A DNA stretch of 64,000 nt from Piromyces finnis finn (taxonomy: Eukaryota > Fungi > Neocallimastigomycota), in NCBI GenBank assembly GCA_002104945.1, contig MCFH01000041.1, positions 425,421-489,420 on the forward strand. Direction: 5' to 3'. Shown one piece after another: positions 29,801 through 44,570 of the stretch. The position numbers were made by a program, and so were the translations under genes. Below the pieces are notes generated by a model. That model was not told where the DNA came from, did not search any database, and saw nothing but the letters and a program-made list of their open reading frames with translations. The stretch's first letter is position 1. Each line of letters opens with the position of its first letter.

Positions 29801-30086
29801 ATATGTATTGGAAAAGAACATTTTCGGTTTAGAGGATATCAAAAATTATCAGTTGAAGTCCTATGTGAGTTATCAAAAATATACAGTACAGATTAAGCAT
29901 GATCGCATTGCAAATATTTTTGATTTATTAGAAGATGCTAAAAAGCAAAAAATCATTAAAGAATATAGTTTTGGACAATGCTCATTAGAACAAGTATACA
30001 TTAATATTATTAAGAAAAACGATGAACAAGCCAGCTTTAAAGCTGATTCTTTGAAACAAGCCAGTTTCATTGAAGAAGGAAAATAA
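23836..30086 (+). CDS. ABCA-subfamily full transporter, multi-exon
   Basis: Exon 1 23836-23959 reads [34 protein letters not shown], a typical ABCA start. NBD1 GHNGAGKST / LSGGQKR / [11 protein letters not shown]; NBD2 GPNGTGKTT / VSGGTKRK / [11 protein letters not shown]; two TM blocks with large extracellular loops. Several junctions (23959/24049, 25083, 25290, 25761) were checked in frame; the rest were not. Confidence 0.93.
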
Positions 30087-30329
30087 ATTTAATATTTATA
30101 TAATTTAATTTTATATATATTTTATTATTAATGTAAATAGTTATTTTTTGGTACATGAATAAATTAAAAAATATTTTAAATATTATGTATATATTATATA
30201 TTATTTAATTTAATAAAATTAACTTATATAACACTATGCACTATGTTTTTTCAATATTTTTTTTGCCTATATTATTATTTTAATTTTAATAATAAACCAT
30301 GTAAAATAAATATATAATTTTCTTTATTT

Positions 30330-33630
<3,301 letters not shown>

Positions 33631-33887
33631 TTTGAATTTATTTTTTACTCTATTATTTTAAAACTTTCTTCTTATTAATAATTATGCTCTATTAGTAATT
33701 TTTTTTTTTCTTTTATATAATTTGATAGTATGTTGTTTAAATGGATAGTAACATGACCTTTTTTCTATTATTATTATTATTATTATATTTCTAACATAGT
33801 AAATATTCTATAAATAATTATTGTATTATATTATAACATTATTTTCTTTTATAAACTTTTCAGAATTATTTAAAATTTAAAGAAAAA

Positions 33888-33919
<32 letters not shown>

Positions 33920-34643
33920 AATTAAATAGAAATGTAAATAGATATAATAGATTAAAATGATCAGTATACTATACTTTAAAATCATATCATATTTATCAAT
34001 TATTTTTATAATTTTATTGTTAATAATGTTTTTAATGTTAAAGGATACTAATTATGAAAAAAAAAAAAATAATAACCTTTAATTATACACTTTTAATATT
34101 AAATAAAATTTTTTAATAGAAAAAGTAAAAATTTTTATGAAAAAAATTAATAATGGTTATCTATTTTTATAATTATAACTATTATAAATGAGTTTTATTT
34201 AATAGTTATTTGAATTATTTAATTTCTTTCTTTGTAGTATACTAAATATATGTATAGGATTATAAACCTCAACTGCCATTGCATTATATTTAATCTTTTT
34301 ACATATGAAGTAATATGGGAGGGTTTAAGATTATATATAAAGAAATTTACTACCTTTTATGAAAAGTAATAGAAACTATAAAAATAAATTTTATATATAA
34401 AAAATATGAATAATATTCAACATAATAATATACATCGAGGTTTGTTACTGTTAAATAAAAATAAAATCGCAGATATTGTTCATTTATTAATCTATAAGTT
34501 TTCTCTAAATATAAAAAATGTGAAAGTTAAAAGTAAAGTTTTTCCATGTGATAAACTTTAATATTTAATTAAAAATCAAATTTTATTTATATAGATGTTA
34601 ATTATTTAAAATAATTCCTGTTATTTATGATGACAGTAAAATA

Positions 34644-37524
34644 TTTTTTTTTTTTTTTTTTTTTTTTAACGGCATCAAATATTTTAAACTTTATTATTAA
34701 TTTAATTAAAATTATAATACATGTAATAAAAAATTAAAAAATAAAAATAAAAATAAAAAAAATATGTTTAAATAAACACAAATGAATAAAAATTGGGTAT
34801 AATGTATTCTAGTAATTTTAATTAAAGTAAGAAAGCCACTATCATACTAAAGTATAATAATTGTATTTGACTTCCAATGGGACACCGAGCCAAAGATCAA
34901 AAATTTTGTCATGGAACAAAATTATGATCTCCATTGGTTGCGCTGGCCCTCCTGGCCTGTCTTACTGTTTCTTCAGCATTGACGCTCTTGGATGTTGCTT
35001 CAAACCTTTTGAACATTGACCATTGCTGGCCAATAGCAAAAGGCATGATTTTGGTTAGAAGTTCCGCGGTTACCGTCAAGAATGGTGTTCCTTCGTTAGT
35101 ATCAGATTGAATCTGACGCTTACAAAGTTCTTTCCATTCCCTTGAATTGTAATTAATATTGTTAAAACTTCTTCCCCCAAGAAGGAATTTAAATATTTTA
35201 CTGCACACACTAGAATAATCATACACATTAATATTCACCGGATTATTAGAACTATTACTATCATTAACTAAATTACTATCTAAATTAGAATTATTATCTT
35301 CACTATTGCTATCATTACTAATATTATTATTTCTATTATTGTTATTATTACTATTGTTACTATTACTATTGTTACTATTACTATTGTTATTACTACTATT
35401 GTTACTATTACTATTAATGTTATTGCTATCTCTACTGATATTATCAATTTCATTATTATTGATAGGACTATTGGAATTACGTTGACTGAAAAAATTTAAT
35501 AGCTGGACTATGGAATCATAATGTTTAATACGGATATCTCTAAATGTTGGACAATCTAATAACCAATGTTTAATACTTTGATCTTCACACTTGCAACATG
35601 GACAGTAGTTAGGACAAACTGGATCAACAAATTTGGCAGCTTTGGCAACTCTAGCATCCAACTTGTATCCGCTTCTTGCTTTCAATAGCCAGTAGAAGCC
35701 ATAGGCAAACTCTGGGTACTCATAACATAATTTAATAAAATCTTTAGTTTCAATAAATTTATTATCATCATAATATTGCGCTTTGATTGAATTCCCTTTG
35801 AGATCTTTCCAATAAAAGTTTTTAACTGCTTTAACATCTCCATGTTTCTTTAATTTTTTATCAAGTGTCCTACTTGATTTGCACCACGTGTATTTTCTAA
35901 ATTTAGGAATGTAATTTACAAGGTGTGAGATAATACAATTTGAGTTTTTCCATTTGTTAAAACATCTAACCTGAGCTAACGCACATTTGGCTGACAATGG
36001 AGGAATATTCAAATCTTTTGAAATAGAGTATAAAGATATAAACGATACAGCTTTATGAACTCCGGCAACCCATCGTATTCCTTTGTTAACATGCTTCTGA
36101 GCAATCCTAGACCTAGCTTTGTTGGATCCAAGTAATGGTGCAAAGTATGAAACTCTGCTAATCACTTGTGAGTTAAGTACTAGTTTTTTGAAAGGAATAG
36201 GAATATTAGGATTTCTTAAGAATTTACTGACTGAGAAAAGCCCTTTCAAAACCTTGTTATTAAGAGCTTTAATTACTGGTTTAAGGGACAGATTCTTATC
36301 AAATGGAACACCAAGATAAGTATAGCAATCAGTAGTTGGAATGGGTTGTCCTGCTAAGTAAAATGTTGGATCTCTCTTGTTCTGATTTTCTATTGATTCA
36401 GGACGAATCACCATCGTTGAACATTTCTGGATACCAAATTCCATTTCATTATACAATGCCCATTCATTAACTCTTCTAAGCATCTTTTTTAAGCATCCTC
36501 TTGTTGGAGCACAAATAACTATATCATCTGCAAAAAGTCCACCACAGCATCGAGTGTCACCTAAACTGACTCCTAGATCTTCGCACTCTCTAAATATATC
36601 ATTAATAAAGAGATTAAAGAGAATAGGAGAAAGAGGGCAACCTTGACGGACTCCTTTCTTCACATCAAAAGATTTCGAGAATTGTCCATCTAATTTGACA
36701 TTAGCCTTAGATGTTAAATATAAATTTTTGATAAATTGTAGACTCTTACCTCGGATTCCTAAACAATCTAATTTATGGAGAATATTACCGATTGGGACTG
36801 AATCGTATGCTTTCCTGAGATCTAAAAAGGCCAAATATGTCTCTTTATTATCTAATTGACGTCTACGGCATATTTCTTGGATTGAAATGAAAAGACTAAT
36901 ACTTTCTTCCTTTTTTCGAAAACCAAATTGTTCAGGTCTAATGAAATTATTCTTTAAACCATATTCTGAGATTCTAGTGGTGACAATTTTGGAAATCAAC
37001 TTAATACCATTATTGATAAGTGATATACCTCGATAGTTATCACAATCTGTCAAATCTCCCTTCTTAGGAATAGAAACAATACTGGATTCATTCCATGAGT
37101 TGGGGAAATCTCCATCCCAAATACGGTTGAATAATTTAAGAATAAAATTTAAACCATAAGCATTATTATCTGAAGTGGTATTACCGGAAGAATTATTATC
37201 TGTAGCATTATTAGAATCATTACTTGATGGAACTAATGCTTTGTAAAATTCAATTGGAATACCATCCGGACCTGATGCTTTATAATTTGGAGTAGTGAGG
37301 ATAGCTGACTTGACTTCATCAATACTAATATCTTGGTTGATATCCCACTCATCAAACATAGGAAGTGAAAAACGTTTATTCGTTGGTTCTTCATACCAAT
37401 GCTCCAAATCAAGACTTACACCACTTGGGTCTGATGCAAGATTTTCGAAATGATCATGCCACACATCTAGTTGTTCTTCTGTAGCAACAACTAATTCTCC
37501 ATTTTTATTTTTAATTGGTTGAGC
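34644..37524 (-). mobile_element. Non-LTR retrotransposon copy 2: 5'-truncated, poly(A)-tailed, 12-bp TSD
   Basis: GACAGTAAAATA at 34632-34643 and 37525-37536. T24 at 34644-34667 is the poly(A) tail on the minus strand. Homology to copy 1 stops exactly at 37524. Confidence 0.95.
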
Positions 37525-37623
37525 GACAGTAAAATAAAGCTTTTGAATTAATATATTCATTACTAAAATTTTCAATAAAAAGTATCTTATATAATAAGAT
37601 GAACATTTTTTTTTCTTACACAT
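34909..37623 (-). CDS. Reverse transcriptase ORF of copy 2; first ~33 codons come from flanking DNA
   Basis: Non-LTR RT motifs NYRGISL, QFGFR, FLDLRKAYDSV, GVRQGCPLSPILFNLFI, LFADDI and YTYLGV. C-terminal Zn knuckle CPCCKC…HWLLDC and an Asn/Ser low-complexity tract. No APE or PD-(D/E)xK endonuclease motif seen. Confidence 0.92.
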   Translation of the reverse strand: MCKKKKCSSYYIRYFLLKILVMNILIQKLYFTVAQPIKNKNGELVVATEEQLDVWHDHFENLASDPSGVSLDLEHWYEEPTNKRFSLPMFDEWDINQDISIDEVKSAILTTPNYKASGPDGIPIEFYKALVPSSNDSNNATDNNSSGNTTSDNNAYGLNFILKLFNRIWDGDFPNSWNESSIVSIPKKGDLTDCDNYRGISLINNGIKLISKIVTTRISEYGLKNNFIRPEQFGFRKKEESISLFISIQEICRRRQLDNKETYLAFLDLRKAYDSVPIGNILHKLDCLGIRGKSLQFIKNLYLTSKANVKLDGQFSKSFDVKKGVRQGCPLSPILFNLFINDIFRECEDLGVSLGDTRCCGGLFADDIVICAPTRGCLKKMLRRVNEWALYNEMEFGIQKCSTMVIRPESIENQNKRDPTFYLAGQPIPTTDCYTYLGVPFDKNLSLKPVIKALNNKVLKGLFSVSKFLRNPNIPIPFKKLVLNSQVISRVSYFAPLLGSNKARSRIAQKHVNKGIRWVAGVHKAVSFISLYSISKDLNIPPLSAKCALAQVRCFNKWKNSNCIISHLVNYIPKFRKYTWCKSSRTLDKKLKKHGDVKAVKNFYWKDLKGNSIKAQYYDDNKFIETKDFIKLCYEYPEFAYGFYWLLKARSGYKLDARVAKAAKFVDPVCPNYCPCCKCEDQSIKHWLLDCPTFRDIRIKHYDSIVQLLNFFSQRNSNSPINNNEIDNISRDSNNINSNSNNSSNNNSNSNNSNSNNSNNNNNRNNNISNDSNSEDNNSNLDSNLVNDSNSSNNPVNINVYDYSSVCSKIFKFLLGGRSFNNINYNSREWKELCKRQIQSDTNEGTPFLTVTAELLTKIMPFAIGQQWSMFKRFEATSKSVNAEETVRQARRASATNGDHNFVP

Positions 37624-37866
37624 AATATATATAAGAAGTAAAGATCACTTATGTAATTATTGTTTTTATTTATTTTATATTTTCATAACATATTTTTTAT
37701 ATAAATTATATTTATGAATATATTTAATTTAAAAAAAAAAATAAAAAATGTGAAATGTATTTATAAAATATTTAATATTTACTATTTTAATATTTTATAT
37801 TATTATATAATTATTCATACTTTTTTTTTATGATATATTCTGTATATATATATTTTACAGTCGTTT

Positions 37867-37897
<31 letters not shown>

Positions 37898-38323
37898 GAT
37901 TTACTATTATTACTATTACTATTATTATTGTTATTTTATTTTCTTTATTGTTATTGTTGTTATTTATACAAATAAATTTTGTATTTAATAAATTAAGATG
38001 ATTTTATTTATTTTATTTTTTTTATCTAAAAGACATATAATCGATATATTAATTTAATAGATTACTATCGTTATGTAGTAATAAAATTTAATTTCTTCCA
38101 TTTTAATTATTTATTATTTTTTTACGGAAGTTATTTTTTTAGCTTTTTAATTTTTTAATATATATATACTGCTTTATATTTATTAATTTATTTGGATAAA
38201 AATTTTATTTATTTTTATTCCTTAATATAATTAATAAATATTATTAAAAAATTAATATAAATATAAAAGATAATTATATTTAATGATTATTCTATAAAAG
38301 TTTTATTTTTCAATGTTAAATAA

Positions 38324-39827
38324 TTATTCTTCTCTAATTACTTGTGCTCCTTGCTTAGAGGTTGTTGAATTAAAGGATTTTATAGATTCAGCTCTTGAAC
38401 CAGTTCTTCTGTGTGGTTTAACTGGCATATTTATTTCTATTTTATTATATTTAAAATTTTCAAAAATAAATATTTAAATATAAATATTACAATATTTAAT
38501 AATATTATAAATTACCTTCTGGTTGGTATACGTTATTTGCTGCCATCATTGCGACTTGTTGTGGAGTAAGTGGTTGTTGTGGAATTTGTTGTGGGGAAAT
38601 CATTGGAGAAGAATGATTTGAATTTGGTGGTGAAATATTACCATTTGGTGGGATACTTTGAGGAATAGCTGTAGATTGACGTAAACCTGAAGATATTATT
38701 GGCTTAGAAATTGCGCCCTTTACTTCAATTAACTTATTAGTTCTCCAGGATTCATAGTAGTAATCCTTAGTAAGTTGCTTTAATTCATTAATATGAGTAT
38801 CAAGAAGGAATGTCTTAACGTCACAGAAATCGCAGTGTTCTGGATTTTCGACATCAACAGTACCCCATGTATATTGACGACCGAGAATATTCTTACCATC
38901 TTCTTCAATATATTCAATACCAATACGATCACCAACTTCAGTTTCTTCAGCATTAACTAAAACAAATGGGATCATATTTCTAAACATAGCATTTTGATCC
39001 TTAATATCTTGATCATCATCTTCATCATCATCAAACATATAAATTGGAAGATTGTGTTCATCTATATCATTACGAATTGCTTTCTTAATTCTTTCTAATT
39101 GCTTAACAGTCATTAAATCAGCTTTACTAAGACATGGAACTAAATTAACTCTTTCAGCTAATTTTTGAATAGTAATAATATCAATGGCGGTAAGACCATT
39201 AGCAACACTAGCAGTTGTAGCATCGATAAGGTAAAGGCAAACATGAACTTGAGAGTCTGGGAAACGACGATTACGACGTACACGACTTTCTTCTAATAAA
39301 GTAATTTCATATTGATTTTCAATGTAAAGAAGAATAGAAGTACACCATTCACCAACAATTTTTGGATCAAAATCAGAAGCATTCTTACTAATATTATGAA
39401 TTGGAATTGGAAGACCTGGTGTATCAATAAGTCTTAAATTAATTCTTTCACCATCTTCAACAATTTCAAATATATCTGAAGCAACAGGTTTAATAACATT
39501 CTTTGGTGGGAAGTCATAAGTTTCTATTTCTGGAGGAGCATTTAATTCTTCTCTCATTTCTGGTGATAAAGAAATTGCTATAGAAGAATTTTCATCATCA
39601 ATAATTTTTAAATCATTAAATTGACTTTCAACCTTTTTTTCCTTTTTAACTGTCTTAGATGCTTTATTTTTAATATTTAATGTGTGTTGGAAAGTACGAA
39701 TAAAACTGGATTTACCAGAAAGGGAATGTCCAGTAATCATAATGTTAAATTGGTTAGCATTGTGACGTCTACGACCCATGCTTAAACCAGTGGCAATAGA
39801 AAATCGTGAAGAATTTACAGTAGACAT
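38324..39827 (-). CDS. Septin-family GTPase, 2 exons
   Basis: G1 GHSLSGKSS, G3 DTPG, VHVCLYLI, G4 SKAD and septin unique element GRQYTWGTVDVENPEHCDF. Intron 38437-38515 (GAAG|GTAAT…ATAG) adds EINMPVKPHRRTGSRAESIKSFNSTTSKQGAQVIREE*, so the track's stop at 38505 is probably intronic. Confidence 0.9.
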
Positions 39828-42800
39828 TGTTATACTAATAATTAGTAATAAATTATTTGAAAATATATAAATTTTTTTTAGTATAATTTATATTTATTAC
39901 AGTATTATTTTATTATTAAAATATAAATATATATTTTTAATAATTCAATCAGTTCAAATTTTGGTTTCTTTTTAAATTTTAAATGTTATTTATAAATATT
40001 TAAATATCTTAAAATTATTTAATTTTTATATATATTTATTGTTATTTTAAGTTTTATGTATTGAATTTAATTATTATATTTTATATAAGAAAGTAAACAA
40101 AATTACTTCCGAATTTTATTATTATTATAGCATAATTTCTATTATAAATGTTTGTTATTTTTTTTTTTTTTGATTTTCCTAATATAAATGTTTTTAGAAA
40201 TATCTTGATTCCTCGATAAATAATAATATATGACTAATATAATTATTAAATTTATTTATTATATAGATTAATCTTTGTAAATGTTTTCTATTTTATATTA
40301 AATTTTTCATTTCTATTATTTATTCTTAAATATCAATATTGATTTGTTACTTAATAAGAAAATTAATATTTACTTTTTATTATTCTCTATAATATATTTC
40401 TAAAAAAAATGTTTTAAATTAAATCTATAAATTGATAAATATATAAATAAAAAAGAAAAGAAAAAGTAAATTTCTATTATTTTTGAAATCTATAAACTTA
40501 ACATAAAAAGTAAATAAAAAAAAAATTTTTTTTTAAAAAACTAGCTTTAAAACAATTATATATAAGATTCTATTCTATAGATTTTTTTTCTTTATTATTA
40601 AATATTTAATATATAATTAGAGTATATTATAATATATTAATATTCATTAATTTATTATAATTCAAATAAATTATAAATTTTAATATTTTTGTATTACACA
40701 AATTCAAGTAAAAAAAAATCTTAAATGTTGTATATATAATTATTATATAAAAATAATTTACTCTATTATATGTGTAATATAATATATTTTAAATTTATAA
40801 TTATCTTTAATGTTGTGCTTTAAAAATGTGGTACTTTAATTTTTACAAACACTAAATGTTACTTTTTGAATGTTGATTAATTTAGAAATTAATAATATCT
40901 ATAGTTTATAACTTTTTTGTTTTCAGAAATTACCTTTTTTAAAAGTATTAATTTATTGAAGACAATTGATTGTGATTTATTTTTTTTATTCCAATAATAA
41001 TTTATTTTAATATTTTCAATTTATTTTATATATTAATAAATTCTACCTTTTACCTTTAGCTTTAGTAGGATTAACTAAATTTGATAATAATATATAACTT
41101 TTATTTTTATTTCTTTTTATATAAATTGTAGTTATATTATTGTTTTTTTATATCTTTTTTTTATAATATTAAATAATAATAAATTAAGGTAATTTTGATT
41201 TATTATATACAATAAAAATATTTATAAATTACAAAATAGGTTTTATTACTATTTTATTACTTAATTTATTACTATTTAATATTAGACTTTTTTTTATTAT
41301 TTTGTTGTTGTATGTTTATTTTATAATTTTTTTTAATAAAAGGTAAAAAAAAAATTATAAAACCTGCTATGATATTATATATAATATTTAAGAGGTTAGT
41401 TTTTTTTATTTTTAACAGAATATTTTTTTTTTTTGTTTTCCGTGATTATTACCTTCTTATTATAATATAATCTCTTACTTTATATAAAAATTTAAAGAAA
41501 AAAGAAAAAAGAAGAAAAAATAAACAGAATTTTGAAATAAAAGTAAAAAAGATTTAATTTATTATTAACTAATAGCCTTTAATATAATTATAGTTTATTT
41601 ATTTTATAATTTATCTATTTATTTATTTATTTGTTTGTTTGTTTATTGTATTAATAATTTTAATCAATAAAAATTCTTTAAAATAGCCATAATTTGTAGG
41701 TAAAAATAATAATAATTATGGCAAAAAATTAACCTGATAAATTCAAAAAGTATATTGACATATTTATTAATAATATAATGATTTGTTGGTATTATTATAA
41801 AAATAAATAAATATATTAATTTCACATTTAATATAATATATTGTAAATTAATTATTTATATAAAATATAAATAAAATTATAATTAATTATATATTAAAAT
41901 TTAGTTTCTATTTGTGATTTTTATATTCTATTCAAAATGTAACTATGGGAATGATTTTTTATTTGACATTAAGGAATTTTAATTTATATATTTATTAAAA
42001 TAATGTATTAATTATATAGAAAAGTTTAATTATTAGAAATCTTCAATATTAAAAAAAATACTTTAATTTTTAATATCAATATAAAAGTTTATTAATCATT
42101 ATAAATGTAATATAATTATACATCATATATATTAAATAATATATTAATACTATATTAATATTCGCAATAAAACATTGTAAAACATTAAATTTTTAATTTA
42201 TAAAAATTACTTAAAATAGTATATTACAGAATTTTTTTTTAGGATTTGAAGAGTTTCATTTTTTGAAAAAGTTTATCCATTATCATTATTATATAAATTA
42301 TTAAAATAGAGTATTAAATATTTATTAAGGACTAAAATATATATATATAATTTTTTAAAGATTATTAAATTATTAACAGAAATACTTATCGAATTCTAAA
42401 AGAAAAATTAAAAAAAAATTTTAAAAAAAAAATCAACGGCTTACCATTTATTTTATTATTATTGTTATAAAATGTTTTAATACATCTTTTAAAAAAAATT
42501 TTTTTTTTGTTTGGGTTTTTTTTTTATATTGAAGAATTAAATATAAAATTTGGTTTTGTGTAACGGTTATTGTAAAATTATATTATACCATAATTACCAT
42601 ATATAGAATAAATAATAAATCTTAATGTATATTTAAATTTTTTTATGTAATACAAAAAACGGTTCTTTTTTTTTTTTTTTTGTTCCAAATAAAATATTAC
42701 ATGGCTATTCTATGAATAAAAACGTTGTACATAGATGTATACAATACCAGAATGATAATTGTTCTTTGAATGCTTTTCTTCTACATAAATAAAAAAATGA

Positions 42801-43165
42801 ATATTTATCTTATTTATGTAAAAGAAATTTTAAATTAACTTTTATCATTTTTGGGAGACATAAACTCTATTATAAAATAAAAATTTATAATTATTAATAA
42901 TAATTCATTCTTTCAAACTTTTTTTAATTTTTTTTTATTATTATTTTTTTAATAAATAAATTTTTTTTAATTCATTTTAACATTAGATATATATTTATTA
43001 TTTATTATATATTAATAAATGGTTTAATATATATATGCCAAATAATATTTATCAAAGGTATTTGTTAATGTGTTGTTTGATATCTTAATGATAATGAAAA
43101 ATGTAAAAGTATTTACTGATAGTTGATAATAAATAAATTAAAATAAATTATGATAATAGTATAGG

Positions 43166-44570
43166 TTAAACTCTAAAATCAAATGATTCTTGTTCAGTTT
43201 CTATAGTATTATTTTCTTCGGTTTCTTGTTTCTATAAAATATTTATATTAAAAGCGAGCGGGATAGAATTAATTTACAAAATTCTTTATAAAAAGAGTAA
43301 AAAAAAAATATAAAAAAGGTCAACTTACTTGTTTCTTGGCTCTTTTTCTATTTCTTTTTGTTTTTTGTCTATCTTTAATTTCTATTATACGTTGCTTAAA
43401 TAGTGTTTTTAATTTTAGATTTTCGAAATATTCTGGATCATCTTCTCTTTTTCTTATATATTCTTGAGTTTTCATTTTATATAACCCTATATTCATTCAT
43501 TTAAATACAATTTATTTTATTAGTTTTTCATAAAAGTTCAGTCTATTTTATAATATAATAACGAAATATTTAACTTCAAGTAAATCACTTACAAAGTTTG
43601 AAATGGAATATAATCAACTCCAAAACAGTAAAATAGGCATATAAACAGAATAAACAATAAAGCAATAGTAAAATATCACATATAACTGGAGCATATTTTC
43701 CTGATGAGAAATAGTAGCTCACTATATATTTTAAAAATAAATATTTAAAAAAATTAGCATTTAAATTTTTTATTGCATGCCTTAAATAAGTTTTCAATAT
43801 TATTTACCAGTTTCTTTAAATTGTGTTTTATTGGCGAAAAATTGTATAAAGTAATATAATGCACATGCAGCAAAGAAAAGAGCAATAAAAGCACTTAGAT
43901 AAATTAATAAGATAAATTCACTAATATTATAATCAAAAAATAAATTTTTTGTTTTAGTCATATTAATGATTTAAATAATAATTTTTTTTAATTAAAATCA
44001 TATTTACCTATAATTTTTACTACCAATACAGGTATTAAGATAAACACAATGATGATCAAAACCGGCTACACATTTATTACATGGTTTGCAATGACGAGTT
44101 TTACGTTCAACGGTCACTTGGCATATATGGCAAAAATTATCTGGACCAATGACAGGAACACCCATTTCTTTAACATAATCGAGATTACGAGGTTTATTTT
44201 GTTGTTGAATGACAGGATCTTGTGTTTCTACAAACATAATATATAAAGTGGTAGCTAATTGTATACAGGTTAATACCCCTGCGAAAATACATACAATAAT
44301 TTGATTTATTGTTGGAAAGAAAAATGAAACAAATGAATAAAATCCTATTACTGCAATAAACCATACAATCCATAAAAATATCATACTAATATCTATAGGA
44401 CGTTGGCAAGCATTAATACGTCTCCAATTATTAAATTCACGAACATTTACATATGCAAATTGTTTATTGTCCGTTATAATAAATGGCATTTTTATTTTTT
44501 TGACAGGTGCATCAATTTGATGGCTATGTCCTTCTTCTTCATTTCTTAGATCATTTGATGATGATGCCAT
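43166..44570 (-). CDS. DHHC palmitoyltransferase (ZDHHC1/11-like), multi-exon
   Basis: [29 protein letters not shown] motif with two N-terminal TM helices. Later exons give two more TM helices, KTQEYIRK and a last exon [21 protein letters not shown] with the stop at 43166-43168. Confidence 0.9.

Noticed and set aside
39830-43100. Long gene-free AT-rich tracts (also 9700-12250, 44600-48090, 56020-58100)
   Set aside because: No ORF, exon chain, terminal repeat or RNA gene was recognised; such intergenic DNA is normal for these genomes. No CRISPR array, rRNA or tRNA was seen anywhere in the window.
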